Counted from the stretch's first letter, positions 36,573 through 45,096 are shown. The stretch is 45,096 nt of DNA from Saprospiraceae bacterium (GCA_020630555.1 JAHDBE010000003.1:1-45096), one strand, 5' to 3'. Numbers and translations: made by a program. The notes: generated by a model from the letters alone, not told the origin.

Positions 36573-38057
36573 CTAGAATTTAAAACCTGCCGTTAAAGCT
36601 ATATTGCTTCGAGTCCCCTCGACATTTGCAAACTGCTGAGCACTCTCTTCTAGAACCACAAATGGGATGTAACCCTCTTCTGTTTTAGATAATTGATAAG
36701 CGACATCTAAAAAGAAGCGGTCTTGTCGTAACCCAAATCCAAGACTGTATACCTGGTTGTTGCTTGACTGATCATCAATTGAATAAGGAGAACCATTTAA
36801 AGCAACACCACCTCTAAATCTCCAGATATCGTATCCCAGCTCCGTACCTAATCTTACGTTTAACGCCGAATTTAATTCTGTATCAATTTGCTGATTTAAT
36901 TCCAATTCAAAATCCAAGACATCTGGATCTGTAGAATTCTCTGTTAGATTAAAATTACCATTTCGGTAATCGAGATATTCAAAATCCGCATTCACAAATC
37001 CTCTTAAAGCACCTACTCTGAATATTCCTCCAACACTACCGATGGCTCGCCATGTTGTATTTATGCGATAGTCAAAAGCACCAGTTGGAGAATCAACGCT
37101 ATTAGATACAATGCCATTATCATTATATACATACTCAAGAGAGTTATTATAACTATCATCTACAGAGTACCAAGTTGGGGAATGAATTGCAGCACCAATT
37201 CGGATATTTCTTGTGGGCTTTAAAACGGTTCCAACTTTTAAATTAAATCCAACACCAGAGGTGTTTATAAATTCTGTGAACTGAAGTCTTTCAAAAAATG
37301 GTACACTTCCATCTTGATCTATCTCTTCATAAACTTTCGTTTCCTCAAAAGTGAAGAAGGGAACTCCTGCCGATACACCGAAGTTTACCTTGTTATTTAA
37401 ATTTCCTCCCCAAGCAAAATCAAGCTGATTTATTCTACCACTTCTTCTAACAAATTGTTCTTTAAAGACTCTCGTATCTGCTGTTGGAAAATCAGTCACG
37501 AAATTTTCATTGGTATCAAAATATAATGCGCCCACATCCCAAGCCAGGCCTGCTTCAAAATTATCTAAGGCATCTACCGATCCAGCAAAATTACCCAACT
37601 CTAAAAATCGCTCTGTGATACTTCCTGGTGTGGTTCCTTCATAAGCAAATTCTTCGCTGAAGTTGTTTATTTGGCTTAAGCCAATGGAAAAGTTAGAAGT
37701 TTGCCAACTAGATCCAGCAGTGTTGTTACTAAAAACGACACCTAAGTTTAAAATTCCAAATCCTGAACCAGTGGTATTTCTTGGGCTGTTACCTTCTAAT
37801 GTGGCATCATTAGAATAACTCCTTATGACTGGGCTAAATATAAACTCTGATTTACGGTAATCGCCCAGCCCCGCTGGGTTAATGGCTAAACTACCGTAAT
37901 CACCGCCCATTGCTCCGAAAGCTCCTGCTACACCCATGGTTCGCGCAGTAGTTCCATCATTAAGTTGGGTAAGTTTTAAAATCTCTGAATAATTCTGAGC
38001 GTGTAGACCGTGTGAAAATCCTAAAACGATTCCCAAGTATATTAATTTCTTTAGCAT
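36573..38057 (-). CDS. FadL/TodX/PorV-like outer membrane beta-barrel protein
   Basis: There is a signal peptide ...GLHAQ. The N-terminal hatch-like motif is ARTMGVAGAFGAMGGDYGSLAINPAGLG. The sequence alternates aromatic/Gly-rich strands and ends in ...LTAGFKF (terminal Phe). Confidence 0.7.
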   Translation of the reverse strand: MLKKLIYLGIVLGFSHGLHAQNYSEILKLTQLNDGTTARTMGVAGAFGAMGGDYGSLAINPAGLGDYRKSEFIFSPVIRSYSNDATLEGNSPRNTTGSGFGILNLGVVFSNNTAGSSWQTSNFSIGLSQINNFSEEFAYEGTTPGSITERFLELGNFAGSVDALDNFEAGLAWDVGALYFDTNENFVTDFPTADTRVFKEQFVRRSGRINQLDFAWGGNLNNKVNFGVSAGVPFFTFEETKVYEEIDQDGSVPFFERLQFTEFINTSGVGFNLKVGTVLKPTRNIRIGAAIHSPTWYSVDDSYNNSLEYVYNDNGIVSNSVDSPTGAFDYRINTTWRAIGSVGGIFRVGALRGFVNADFEYLDYRNGNFNLTENSTDPDVLDFELELNQQIDTELNSALNVRLGTELGYDIWRFRGGVALNGSPYSIDDQSSNNQVYSLGFGLRQDRFFLDVAYQLSKTEEGYIPFVVLEESAQQFANVEGTRSNIALTAGFKF

Positions 38058-38084
38058 ATTATTTCATTTCGTTGAGAAAGGGGT

Positions 38085-38114
38085 AAAAAAAAGGTGGACA
38101 CTAAGATCCACCTT
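38085..38114 (-). terminator. Rho-independent terminator after the low-complexity protein gene (AAGGTGGA-loop-TCCACCTT plus U-run on the minus strand)
   Basis: An 8-bp stem, an 8-nt loop and TTTTTTTT on the minus strand lie 18 nt after the stop at 38132. Confidence 0.8.
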
Positions 38115-38131
38115 TAAATTTTTAGCGTCGA

Positions 38132-39268
38132 TTATCTTCCGCCTCGGCGTGAACTTCGGCTCGATGATTTGGAACTCGAGCTTCGACTACTTGATCGACT
38201 TGATCTTGTACTTGATCGTGAAGATCTTGAAGAACTATTTGAGCGCATCTTTGATCCTCCTGAAGAAGACCGACTTGATTTAGTCGAACTTCTATTTGAT
38301 CGATTTGAGCGCGTGCTCGTTGGACCTTGCTGAGATCTGTCATTTCTGTTATAACGACTTCTGTCAGGTCTTTCTGACTGTCGCTGAGTTCTGTCACTGC
38401 GGTTATAATTTCGACTTTGAGTATTTGTTCTTTCAGACTGTCTATACTTACGGTCGTAGATTCTAGTACGTTTAGTTCTAGGCTTCGAATCTGACATAGA
38501 TTCTGTTCGGGCAGATCTTGAAGTTCTATCAGTCCTCGTACTTACAGCACCTCTGGAGCTTAATGCAGCGGCATCCTTAGTCCGACCGTTATCTCTAAAT
38601 CTAGGGCTATCTGTTCGCCCTCTTGTTGATGAACTTACAGATCCAGATCTTCTTGGTCCATAATATCCATTGGTAGTAGCAACATTATTTACATTTACCC
38701 AATTGTTATTATTCACAACATAAGTTGGGCAGAATCCAGCATTCCATCCGCCACCATTCCAACCCCATGGGTTATAGCTGTTATAACCCCAGCTGTTCCA
38801 GCTATTCCATCTGTTCCAACGATTCCATCTATTCCAACGATTCCATCTATTCCAGCCCCATGGATTATAACCCCAGCTGTTTCCAAAGCTAATATAGATT
38901 GAAGTTCCTCCGCCAAAGAAGGGGGAAGCTCCCCATCCATTATTCCAAGTATTATATGGATTATAGTAGTAGCTATCTACATAACATGGATCGAAGTATC
39001 CAAAACCAGAATAAGGTCTATTAAACCTTCGAATTCTAGAAGAGTAACGGTAACGATCATATTCATCATAGTCATATGATTCGTAATCCTCTTCGTAATA
39101 GTCATATTCATCGTCATCGTATGAATACTCGTAATCGTCATCATAAGAGTAGACATCTGCGTCCGTGTCAGGATCGTAATACAGATCGTCAAATTGAGCC
39201 TGTAAACCAGTTGTGAATAACAAGGCTAGTAGAAAGCTCAGCGATTTGATGTCCAAATTAATTCTCAT
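38132..39268 (-). CDS. secreted low-complexity tripartite protein (Asp/Tyr/Glu-rich acidic zone; Trp/Asn/Gly/Tyr zone with WNR/WNS repeats; long Ser/Arg-rich basic tail)
   Basis: The start is chosen at MRINLDIKSLSFLLALLFTTGLQAQ (39268). The acidic zone is 39047..39193, the W/N/G zone 38693..38962 and the S/R tail 38135..38656. It has its own terminator. I cannot name a family. Confidence 0.65.
   Translation of the reverse strand: MRINLDIKSLSFLLALLFTTGLQAQFDDLYYDPDTDADVYSYDDDYEYSYDDDEYDYYEEDYESYDYDEYDRYRYSSRIRRFNRPYSGFGYFDPCYVDSYYYNPYNTWNNGWGASPFFGGGTSIYISFGNSWGYNPWGWNRWNRWNRWNRWNRWNSWNSWGYNSYNPWGWNGGGWNAGFCPTYVVNNNNWVNVNNVATTNGYYGPRRSGSVSSSTRGRTDSPRFRDNGRTKDAAALSSRGAVSTRTDRTSRSARTESMSDSKPRTKRTRIYDRKYRQSERTNTQSRNYNRSDRTQRQSERPDRSRYNRNDRSQQGPTSTRSNRSNRSSTKSSRSSSGGSKMRSNSSSRSSRSSTRSSRSSSRSSSSKSSSRSSRRGGR
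38789..38854 (-). repeat. 9-nt (3-codon) tandem repeat encoding (WNR)5(WNS)2W, organised as an 18-nt unit TGGAATAGATGGAATCGT
   Basis: Read directly. CCA (Trp, antisense) recurs every 9 nt on the plus strand. Arg codons alternate AGA/CGT. Confidence 0.9.
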
Positions 39269-39498
39269 GGCAAATAGTTTAGTCTTTTTATAAATCATCT
39301 CTCTTACAATGATCATTCGCAATTTATTACTTTTGACCCTTTATTTTAGTTAAGAGAGTTTTAAAGTGTCTATTTTCTTAGTTAAGGTTGCTTTAGGACT
39401 TTTCCCAAAGGTTTTCAATGATTTAGACGAAATCTGGAGGCCTCCGGTTCAATTCTTAATGAGATTAGTAAAATTTTAACTAAAACGGTTGATAATCA

Positions 39499-40965
39499 AT
39501 GGCTAAAGAGATAACAAGCAGGTCGGAAAATTACTCGCAATGGTATCAAGATATTGTCAAAAAAGCGGGTTTGGCAGATAATAGCGCCGTGCGAGGTTGT
39601 ATGGTAATAAAACCCACTGGTTTTGCTATTTGGGAGAAAATGAAAGCCCAACTTGATCAAATGTTCAAGGAAACAGGTCATGTAAATGCCTATTTCCCTT
39701 TGTTTATCCCTAAATCTTTTTTAAGTAAGGAAGCTGATCACGTCGAAGGGTTTGCTAAAGAGTGTGCTGTTGTTACACATCATCGTTTAATGAATAACCC
39801 TGACGGTAAAGGGGTAGTTGTCGATCCCAGTGCACGTTTAGAAGAAGAATTAATTGTGCGTCCGACCTCAGAGACAATTATTTGGAATACATACAAAGAT
39901 TGGATTCAGTCGTATAGAGATTTACCGTTATTAATTAATCAATGGGCTAATGTCGTCCGATGGGAAATGCGGACTCGGCCTTTTTTGAGAACTGCGGAAT
40001 TTCTATGGCAAGAAGGTCATACAGCGCATGCTACTAAAGAAGAAGCGTTAGAAGAAGCTCGATTAATTCATGAGGTATACGCGCGTTTTGCCGAAGATTA
40101 CATGGCTATGCCTGTTATTAAGGGAGCAAAAACGGAAAGTGAACGTTTTGCTGGGGCAGATGAGACATATACGATAGAGGCATTGATGCAAGATGGTAAG
40201 GCACTACAGGCAGGAACATCTCATTTTTTAGGACAAAATTTTGCAAGAGCTTTTGACGTAAAATATCTGAATAACGAAAATAGAGAGGAATATGTTTGGG
40301 CGACTTCTTGGGGTGTTTCTACCAGATTAGTAGGAGGTCTTATTATGACACATTCCGATGATGATGGATTGGTTCTTCCTCCTAAGCTTGCTCCAACACA
40401 AGTGGTTATCGTGCCAATTCCAAAACCTGATCCTGAAATCATGGAACATGCAGATAAAATTGCCGCGTCATTAAAAGAAAAAGGCATATCTGTTAAAGTC
40501 GATAGAGATGCACAAAAGCGCCCAGGTTTCAAATTTGCCCAGTACGAAATGGAGGGTGTACCTGTTAGACTCGGAATTGGCAAAAGAGATTTAGAAAAAG
40601 GATTGGTAGAAATAGCGCGTCGAGATACAAAGGACAAAACCTCTGTAAATATTAATGGATGCGTCGACTTCATAGAAAAACTTTTAACTGAAATTCAAGA
40701 AAATCTTTTGGCTAAAGCCAAAAAATACCGAACAGAACACACGACCTCAGTAGATAATTTTGAGGATTTTAAAACTGTTCTCGAGGAAAAGGGTGGTTTT
40801 ATTGAGGCGCATTGGGATGGGACTGCAGATACCGAAGATAAGATCAAAGAATTAACGAAAGCCACTATTCGCTGTATTCCAAATGAGGCAAAAGAAGAAC
40901 CCGGGAAGTGCATTCTAACGGGTAAACCTAGTGCTCGACGTGTTTTATTCGCTAAAGCGTATTAA
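39499..40965 (+). CDS. proS: proline--tRNA ligase (archaeal/eukaryote-like class IIa form)
   Basis: 488 aa. The N-terminus reads [35 protein letters not shown]. Class II motifs are RPTSET and [16 protein letters not shown]. The sequence ends in Y. Confidence 0.95.
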   Translation: MAKEITSRSENYSQWYQDIVKKAGLADNSAVRGCMVIKPTGFAIWEKMKAQLDQMFKETGHVNAYFPLFIPKSFLSKEADHVEGFAKECAVVTHHRLMNNPDGKGVVVDPSARLEEELIVRPTSETIIWNTYKDWIQSYRDLPLLINQWANVVRWEMRTRPFLRTAEFLWQEGHTAHATKEEALEEARLIHEVYARFAEDYMAMPVIKGAKTESERFAGADETYTIEALMQDGKALQAGTSHFLGQNFARAFDVKYLNNENREEYVWATSWGVSTRLVGGLIMTHSDDDGLVLPPKLAPTQVVIVPIPKPDPEIMEHADKIAASLKEKGISVKVDRDAQKRPGFKFAQYEMEGVPVRLGIGKRDLEKGLVEIARRDTKDKTSVNINGCVDFIEKLLTEIQENLLAKAKKYRTEHTTSVDNFEDFKTVLEEKGGFIEAHWDGTADTEDKIKELTKATIRCIPNEAKEEPGKCILTGKPSARRVLFAKAY

Positions 40966-41175
40966 TAACGTCTGTTAATTGTCATTTCGACACAAAGTTT
41001 TTGGAAAATAAAAAACAGCTTTCGTAACTTAGGTGCCAAGGAAAGAGTGGCTTGTGCATTTTTTCTAAAGTTTGGAAAACCAACTAAACTTTGATTCGAT
41101 GCTTGCTTTTTATTTGTTAGGGTACATAGGTTTGGTGAGTCTCGAAATCGATTAAGAAATAATGTTACAAGTTTA

Positions 41176-41209
41176 GGGCTTAGGTCAACCACCTAAGCCC
41201 TTCTTTTTT
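41176..41209 (+). terminator. Rho-independent terminator (GGGCTTAGGT-CAACC-ACCTAAGCCC plus TTCTTTTTT)
   Basis: A perfect 10-bp stem and a U-run lie 210 nt after the proS stop and 89 nt before the next start codon. Confidence 0.85.
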
Positions 41210-41297
41210 ATGGAACTCCATCATTACATACTGGGTTAGTCTATCCGTAATGTGTAATTTTACACATTTTTAATAATCTTATATAAACAAATAAAAT

Positions 41298-41657
41298 ATG
41301 TCGTTTGAGATAGAGGGAAGTGTGCACAAAATATTTCCAACGGAAAATAAAACTGATACTTTTCAAGCAAGAGAATTTGTTATACAGACTGAGGGTCAAT
41401 ATCCTCAGATGATAAAATTTCAATTGACACAGGATAGATGTCAACTAGTGGATGGTTATAATGAAGGAGAAAAGATTAAGGTGCATTTTGATTTAAGAGG
41501 TCGGGAGTGGAATGAAAAGTATTTTACAAACTTAAATGCATGGCGTGTAGAAAAGGTACAAGACATGCCACCACCAACAGAAGGAGATGCTTCTATGCCA
41601 GGAATGTCTGATGAACCTCAGACAATAACTGATGACTTCGAAGATTTACCTTTTTAA
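41298..41657 (+). CDS. DUF3127 domain protein (OB-fold-like)
   Basis: The pattern MSFEIEG.V.KIF........F..REFVI.T...YPQ.I.FQL.......D......I.V.F.L.GREW is as I recall DUF3127. An acidic/Pro-rich tail follows. Confidence 0.7.
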   Translation: MSFEIEGSVHKIFPTENKTDTFQAREFVIQTEGQYPQMIKFQLTQDRCQLVDGYNEGEKIKVHFDLRGREWNEKYFTNLNAWRVEKVQDMPPPTEGDASMPGMSDEPQTITDDFEDLPF

Positions 41658-42199
41658 TGAGAAGGATTCAGACCATAATCACTTTTTTGCTTTTATGGTC
41701 TTCATCTTACGCCCAATATTTTGAATCTGCGCATGCCGTTTGGGATGATAGTTTCCGAGAATGGGAAATTCAAATGACTGAGGACAATTCAGCTGGATTT
41801 GAGATACGTTGGCAATTAAGGAATGACTATACGACATGGAATGTTGATTTGGCAGGATTACCTGGTGTTATTCAGTTAAAATGGAATGATGACCCAAATG
41901 TTTGGGAATATCGATCTGGAAACCAAATTATCATAGCCAGAACCAAATGGTCCAATGACTATAGTCAATGGAAATTATCCGATGGACAAGTGAAACTAGA
42001 GTTGGAGACAAGATATCGTGACGACACCAATGAATGGTGGGTTAAAAGCGAGAAGGATGGGCATTTTATTCTCTATTCAGAGTATTTAAACGACCCTAGA
42101 GATTGGATAATAGAAGACGATATGGAAGCATATGTAAGTGCTGAAATGAGATTGATGATGATTTTCCTCGCGTGTTTTCATAGCAGCCCAAAACAGTGA
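41657..42199 (+). CDS. hypothetical secreted protein built from ~6 Trp-centred ~22-aa repeats
   Basis: There is a signal peptide ...SSSYAQ. Repeats recur as [DN]D..(E/T/V/Q)W.(I/V/L/Y): FREWEI, YTTWNV, PNVWEY, YSQWKL, TNEWWV, PRDWII. Its start overlaps the DUF3127 stop (TAATG). Confidence 0.55.
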   Translation: MRRIQTIITFLLLWSSSYAQYFESAHAVWDDSFREWEIQMTEDNSAGFEIRWQLRNDYTTWNVDLAGLPGVIQLKWNDDPNVWEYRSGNQIIIARTKWSNDYSQWKLSDGQVKLELETRYRDDTNEWWVKSEKDGHFILYSEYLNDPRDWIIEDDMEAYVSAEMRLMMIFLACFHSSPKQ

Positions 42200-42676
42200 T
42201 TACCTTTGTTTTATACCTAGGAGATCATTAGCTAGGTTGGAACCGTGCTCCTTCGTCTTTACTTTGCTATATATTTTCTCAATCTTGCCTTCTTCATCTA
42301 TTACGAAAGTGGAACGATGAACACCGATATAGTTTTTGCCCATAAACGTTTTGGGACCCCAAATTCCGAACGCTTTCATCATCTCCTGATCTGTATCGGC
42401 TAAAAGTGGATACTGAAAGTCGAATTTTTCAATGAAGTTTCGGTGTTTTTTTGGGCTGTCAGGACTTACGCCTAGGATTTCATATCCACCTCGTTTTAAT
42501 TTAACATAGTTATCACGAATACTACACGCTTCTGCTGTACATCCGGGCGTGTTGTCTTTCGGATAAAAGAAAACAATTAATTTTTTACCCTGATAATCTT
42601 TCGAACTAACTTCCTCATTATCTTGATTTAGTAATTTAAATTCGGGGGCTGGGTCTCCTATTTGTAAATGTGTCAT
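42200..42676 (-). CDS. bcp: thioredoxin-dependent thiol peroxidase (Bcp / PrxQ)
   Basis: IGDPAPEF..., FFYPKDNTPGCTAEAC (peroxidatic and resolving Cys) and RSTFVIDEEGKI are present. The start is chosen at MTHLQIG (42676). Confidence 0.9.
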   Translation of the reverse strand: MTHLQIGDPAPEFKLLNQDNEEVSSKDYQGKKLIVFFYPKDNTPGCTAEACSIRDNYVKLKRGGYEILGVSPDSPKKHRNFIEKFDFQYPLLADTDQEMMKAFGIWGPKTFMGKNYIGVHRSTFVIDEEGKIEKIYSKVKTKEHGSNLANDLLGIKQR

Positions 42677-42722
42677 ACAGAACCAACAGAACACCTTGTA
42701 AAATGTTTAAAGCTTTAGTGGC

Positions 42723-44357
42723 TTAATTAAATTTGAATAACTTTTTGGCGACATTTCCTCTGTCATCCGTGGCATGAATTTGAACATGAATAGGTTTTTC
42801 GATCTCTTCAGGAATATTAATGAGAAGCGTATTTCTGAAGCTACTGTATTCACCAACAACCCACTCGTTATTTATAAAACAAGAATAACTCATATCCTTT
42901 GCATTTCCAGCAAGAGGTAAGTTGTCCTTAAGTGAAAATTTGAGCTGATCACCAGGTTTTATATTAATCGAATTGCCGAGTAAAGTAATCGTAGGTGCGA
43001 TAGTGTCTTTTTGTAACCTAAATTTTCCGAAATATTTAGAATGAGCGTAAAATATTGAATCAAGCATATGCCCACCATGAGAGACCCATTTTTTTCCATC
43101 AAATCTTGCGAGCAACCATTTCGAAGTATCGGAGTCAATAATAGGATTATGAATCTTAAAGGACATGGGTCTATGAAGAGGGATAGATCGATCACCAATA
43201 TGCCATTCGTCAGGTTTCATTGAATTGTGAGAAATATTCGTATTCTGGTAAAGGGCGTTTTCCGGAATAACTACTGAAACATTGTTAATTGTAAAGGAAG
43301 AGGGGAGGTTATATTGAATTTGATTCGAGGTCATGACTGATGACGAATATTCACCACTGACATCCCTTCGGATATCAAATTCCTTTGTTGTTTTATTACC
43401 ACTGTAATCTGAGGCCTCGATCCTAATCCTACGTGATTTGCTTCCGTAAATAGGAAAAACACCGTTAGTCATTAAGGAATCGTAAATACTTATGTGGTTT
43501 CCGGGTAATTTAAAACACCTGAAAAAGCTTTGCTTCTTCTGAGATTTAGTCTTATAGTCAATAGAGGCATTGATAAATCGTGTTTCATCGAATGAGATTC
43601 GATCAAAAGTGCTTTTAAAGTATAGCGAATCGTCAACGTACATTTGTAATTCTCGAATCCCAAGGCGATTACTTGACCTATTAATTTGATCATAGAATTT
43701 TACTGAAATTCCTACTCTCCAAGCAGGAATTTTAATAGACCTGTTTTTCAAGGAGAAGGTATTTAAATCCTGTAAATCACGAGATAGTGCATGAATTTGT
43801 ATGGCTTCGATAACTGGTTTTCGCGTGTCTTCAAAATTTAGCCCGAAACGTTGAGGATCAACTGGAATCTCTGATTCTGTTTCACGCATTTCAAAATGGA
43901 GGTGTGGGCCATAAGATCGTCCTGTTGATCCCATAATACCGATAAATTCACCAGGTGTTATTGCTAATCGATCTGGATCAATGTATATATCTACGGAGTA
44001 ACTTTGTAAATGCTTTTGGACTTTATGAAGATAGGCCTCTATTGTGGGAGAGAAATTTAATAAATGCGCATAAACTGAAGTGTAACCACTAGGATGGTCG
44101 ATGTAAAGTGCTTTTCCATAACTAGAATAAGTTATTCGGATGCGCGAAACAAATCCAGAATCAACTGAAAATATAGAATCTCCGACTATTCCTTTGGAAG
44201 ATTTAATATCCAGTCCTGCATGAAAATGATTTGACCTTAGTTCGCCGTAATTTCCTGCCAGTCTCATTGGATGTTTCACAGGATTCTGGATGAGAATATC
44301 CTGGCAGAAGCAACTTATGCCTAGAAATAATAATATGTATGTTGAGAATACTTTCAA
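42723..44357 (-). CDS. M23 family metallopeptidase with large C-terminal extension
   Basis: There is a signal peptide. HFHAGLDIK is the HxxxD zinc motif and GSTGRSYGPHLHFEM is the HxH motif. Confidence 0.85.
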   Translation of the reverse strand: MKVFSTYILLFLGISCFCQDILIQNPVKHPMRLAGNYGELRSNHFHAGLDIKSSKGIVGDSIFSVDSGFVSRIRITYSSYGKALYIDHPSGYTSVYAHLLNFSPTIEAYLHKVQKHLQSYSVDIYIDPDRLAITPGEFIGIMGSTGRSYGPHLHFEMRETESEIPVDPQRFGLNFEDTRKPVIEAIQIHALSRDLQDLNTFSLKNRSIKIPAWRVGISVKFYDQINRSSNRLGIRELQMYVDDSLYFKSTFDRISFDETRFINASIDYKTKSQKKQSFFRCFKLPGNHISIYDSLMTNGVFPIYGSKSRRIRIEASDYSGNKTTKEFDIRRDVSGEYSSSVMTSNQIQYNLPSSFTINNVSVVIPENALYQNTNISHNSMKPDEWHIGDRSIPLHRPMSFKIHNPIIDSDTSKWLLARFDGKKWVSHGGHMLDSIFYAHSKYFGKFRLQKDTIAPTITLLGNSINIKPGDQLKFSLKDNLPLAGNAKDMSYSCFINNEWVVGEYSSFRNTLLINIPEEIEKPIHVQIHATDDRGNVAKKLFKFN

Positions 44358-44362
44358 ATCAC

Positions 44363-45096
44363 TTAAACCTCTTTTATAAGAATGGATGCTTGATAGAAAT
44401 GATTGTTTTCTATTGTAGAATTAGTCCATGATTTATCTGTAATATTCTCAGACATGAATTTTCTTTTAATTAAGTTCCATTTGAATTCCTGAAGCCAATT
44501 TTCGTTTTGTTCAGATCGAATATTTTCTTTTACGCCTGAACTACTAATTTCTTTGTCAAAGTCTAAAATTGAGTTTAAAATAGAATCCATATTTCTACCA
44601 GAAATGGAGGAGCAGCTGAACGCTTGTGGTTTTAAACCATGTTCTTTTAGTTGCATTAGAGATATCGAACTTTGAATTTGTTTCTTCGTATGTAGCGCGG
44701 CGTTAGAGAGTTGATCATCATCTTTATTGATAATATAGATGTCTCCCATTTCCATGATTCCTCTTTTAATCCCTTGGATGTCGTCCCCGGAAGCAGGTTG
44801 TATAAGCACGAGCATCAAATCCACTAAATCTTTTACGCTAGTTTCTGATTGTCCGACACCCACAGTTTCTAGGAAGATCACATCTGCACCAAACGATTCA
44901 CATAAATGAATCACTTCTCTTGAATTAGGGGCAACACCACCTAACAAATTTGAAGAGGGAGATGGCCTAATAAAAACCGAATCGTTAGATACCAATCGGA
45001 GCATTCGCGTTTTGTCTCCCAAAATGGATCCCTTACTATTTTGACTGCTTGGATCAATTGGCAGAACGGCAAGTGAATTCTTAGATTTTAGCATTA
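44363..45096 (-). CDS. meaB: methylmalonyl-CoA mutase-associated GTPase MeaB/ArgK (partial, N-terminus off the right edge)
   Basis: LAVLPIDPSS...GSILGDKTRM, FLETVGVGQSE and IINKDD (NKxD) are present. The P-loop is missing, so the true start lies beyond the window. The ATG at 45094 is almost certainly internal. Confidence 0.8.
   Translation of the reverse strand, partial: MLKSKNSLAVLPIDPSSQNSKGSILGDKTRMLRLVSNDSVFIRPSPSSNLLGGVAPNSREVIHLCESFGADVIFLETVGVGQSETSVKDLVDLMLVLIQPASGDDIQGIKRGIMEMGDIYIINKDDDQLSNAALHTKKQIQSSISLMQLKEHGLKPQAFSCSSISGRNMDSILNSILDFDKEISSSGVKENIRSEQNENWLQEFKWNLIKRKFMSENITDKSWTNSTIENNHFYQASILIKEV

Noticed and set aside
38122-39192. Three extra same-strand ORFs in other frames (38122..38397, 38713..38940, 38977..39192) inside the low-complexity gene
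   Set aside because: Repetitive, compositionally biased DNA keeps alternative frames open by chance. They lack signal peptides or independent starts, and the long frame carrying the signal peptide explains the region. True coding status still needs expression data.
40962-41192. 76-aa minus-strand ORF between proS and the DUF3127 gene
   Set aside because: It has no recognisable domain or signal, it overlaps a strong plus-strand terminator, and its start lies inside the proS 3' end. It is treated as spurious, and the region is reported instead as a candidate non-coding element.
1-45096. Search for CRISPR arrays, tRNA/rRNA/tmRNA genes, IS elements, integrases, phage or defence-island genes
   Set aside because: There are no regularly spaced direct repeats, no tRNA-like T-arm or anticodon architecture in the intergenic regions, and no transposase, recombinase, nuclease or reverse-transcriptase motifs in any ORF. 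The window appears to be core chromosome rather than an accessory island.

Overview
This is a low-GC chromosomal segment that looks like Bacteroidota, probably a marine Flavobacteriia-type organism. Three large proteins carry type-A T9SS C-terminal sorting domains, ProRS is the archaeal/eukaryote-like form, and there is a flavobacterial crtI-crtB-crtZ-lycopene cyclase (zeaxanthin) operon. I support about 40 protein-coding genes. They include two T9SS-secreted peptidases (M43-like and M14) next to a propeller/Y_Y_Y LytS-type histidine kinase and LytTR regulator pair, plus mnmE and an MBOAT/AlgX-like O-acyltransferase pair. There is also a 1500-aa Cys-rich T9SS adhesin with dockerin-like and cohesin-like modules, a marR-hmgA-hppD tyrosine catabolism operon, proS, bcp, an M23 peptidase and a partial meaB. 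I saw no rRNA, tRNA, CRISPR array, transposase, integrase or phage genes, and no recognisable defence genes. I did not find a clear-cut multi-gene novel system. The best leads are: (1) a secreted, extremely low-complexity tripartite protein (acidic Tyr/Asp zone, Trp/Asn/Gly zone with WNR repeats, Ser/Arg tail) next to a FadL/PorV-like barrel; (2) hmgA broken by one in-frame TAA while hppD is intact; (3) a 21-bp-phased direct repeat, an ORF-poor stretch and a terminator just downstream of the LytTR regulator; (4) the cohesin/dockerin adhesin. One partial CDS (1..830, minus strand) is missing from the supplied ORF track. All family calls come from motif recognition by eye, not from database searches.
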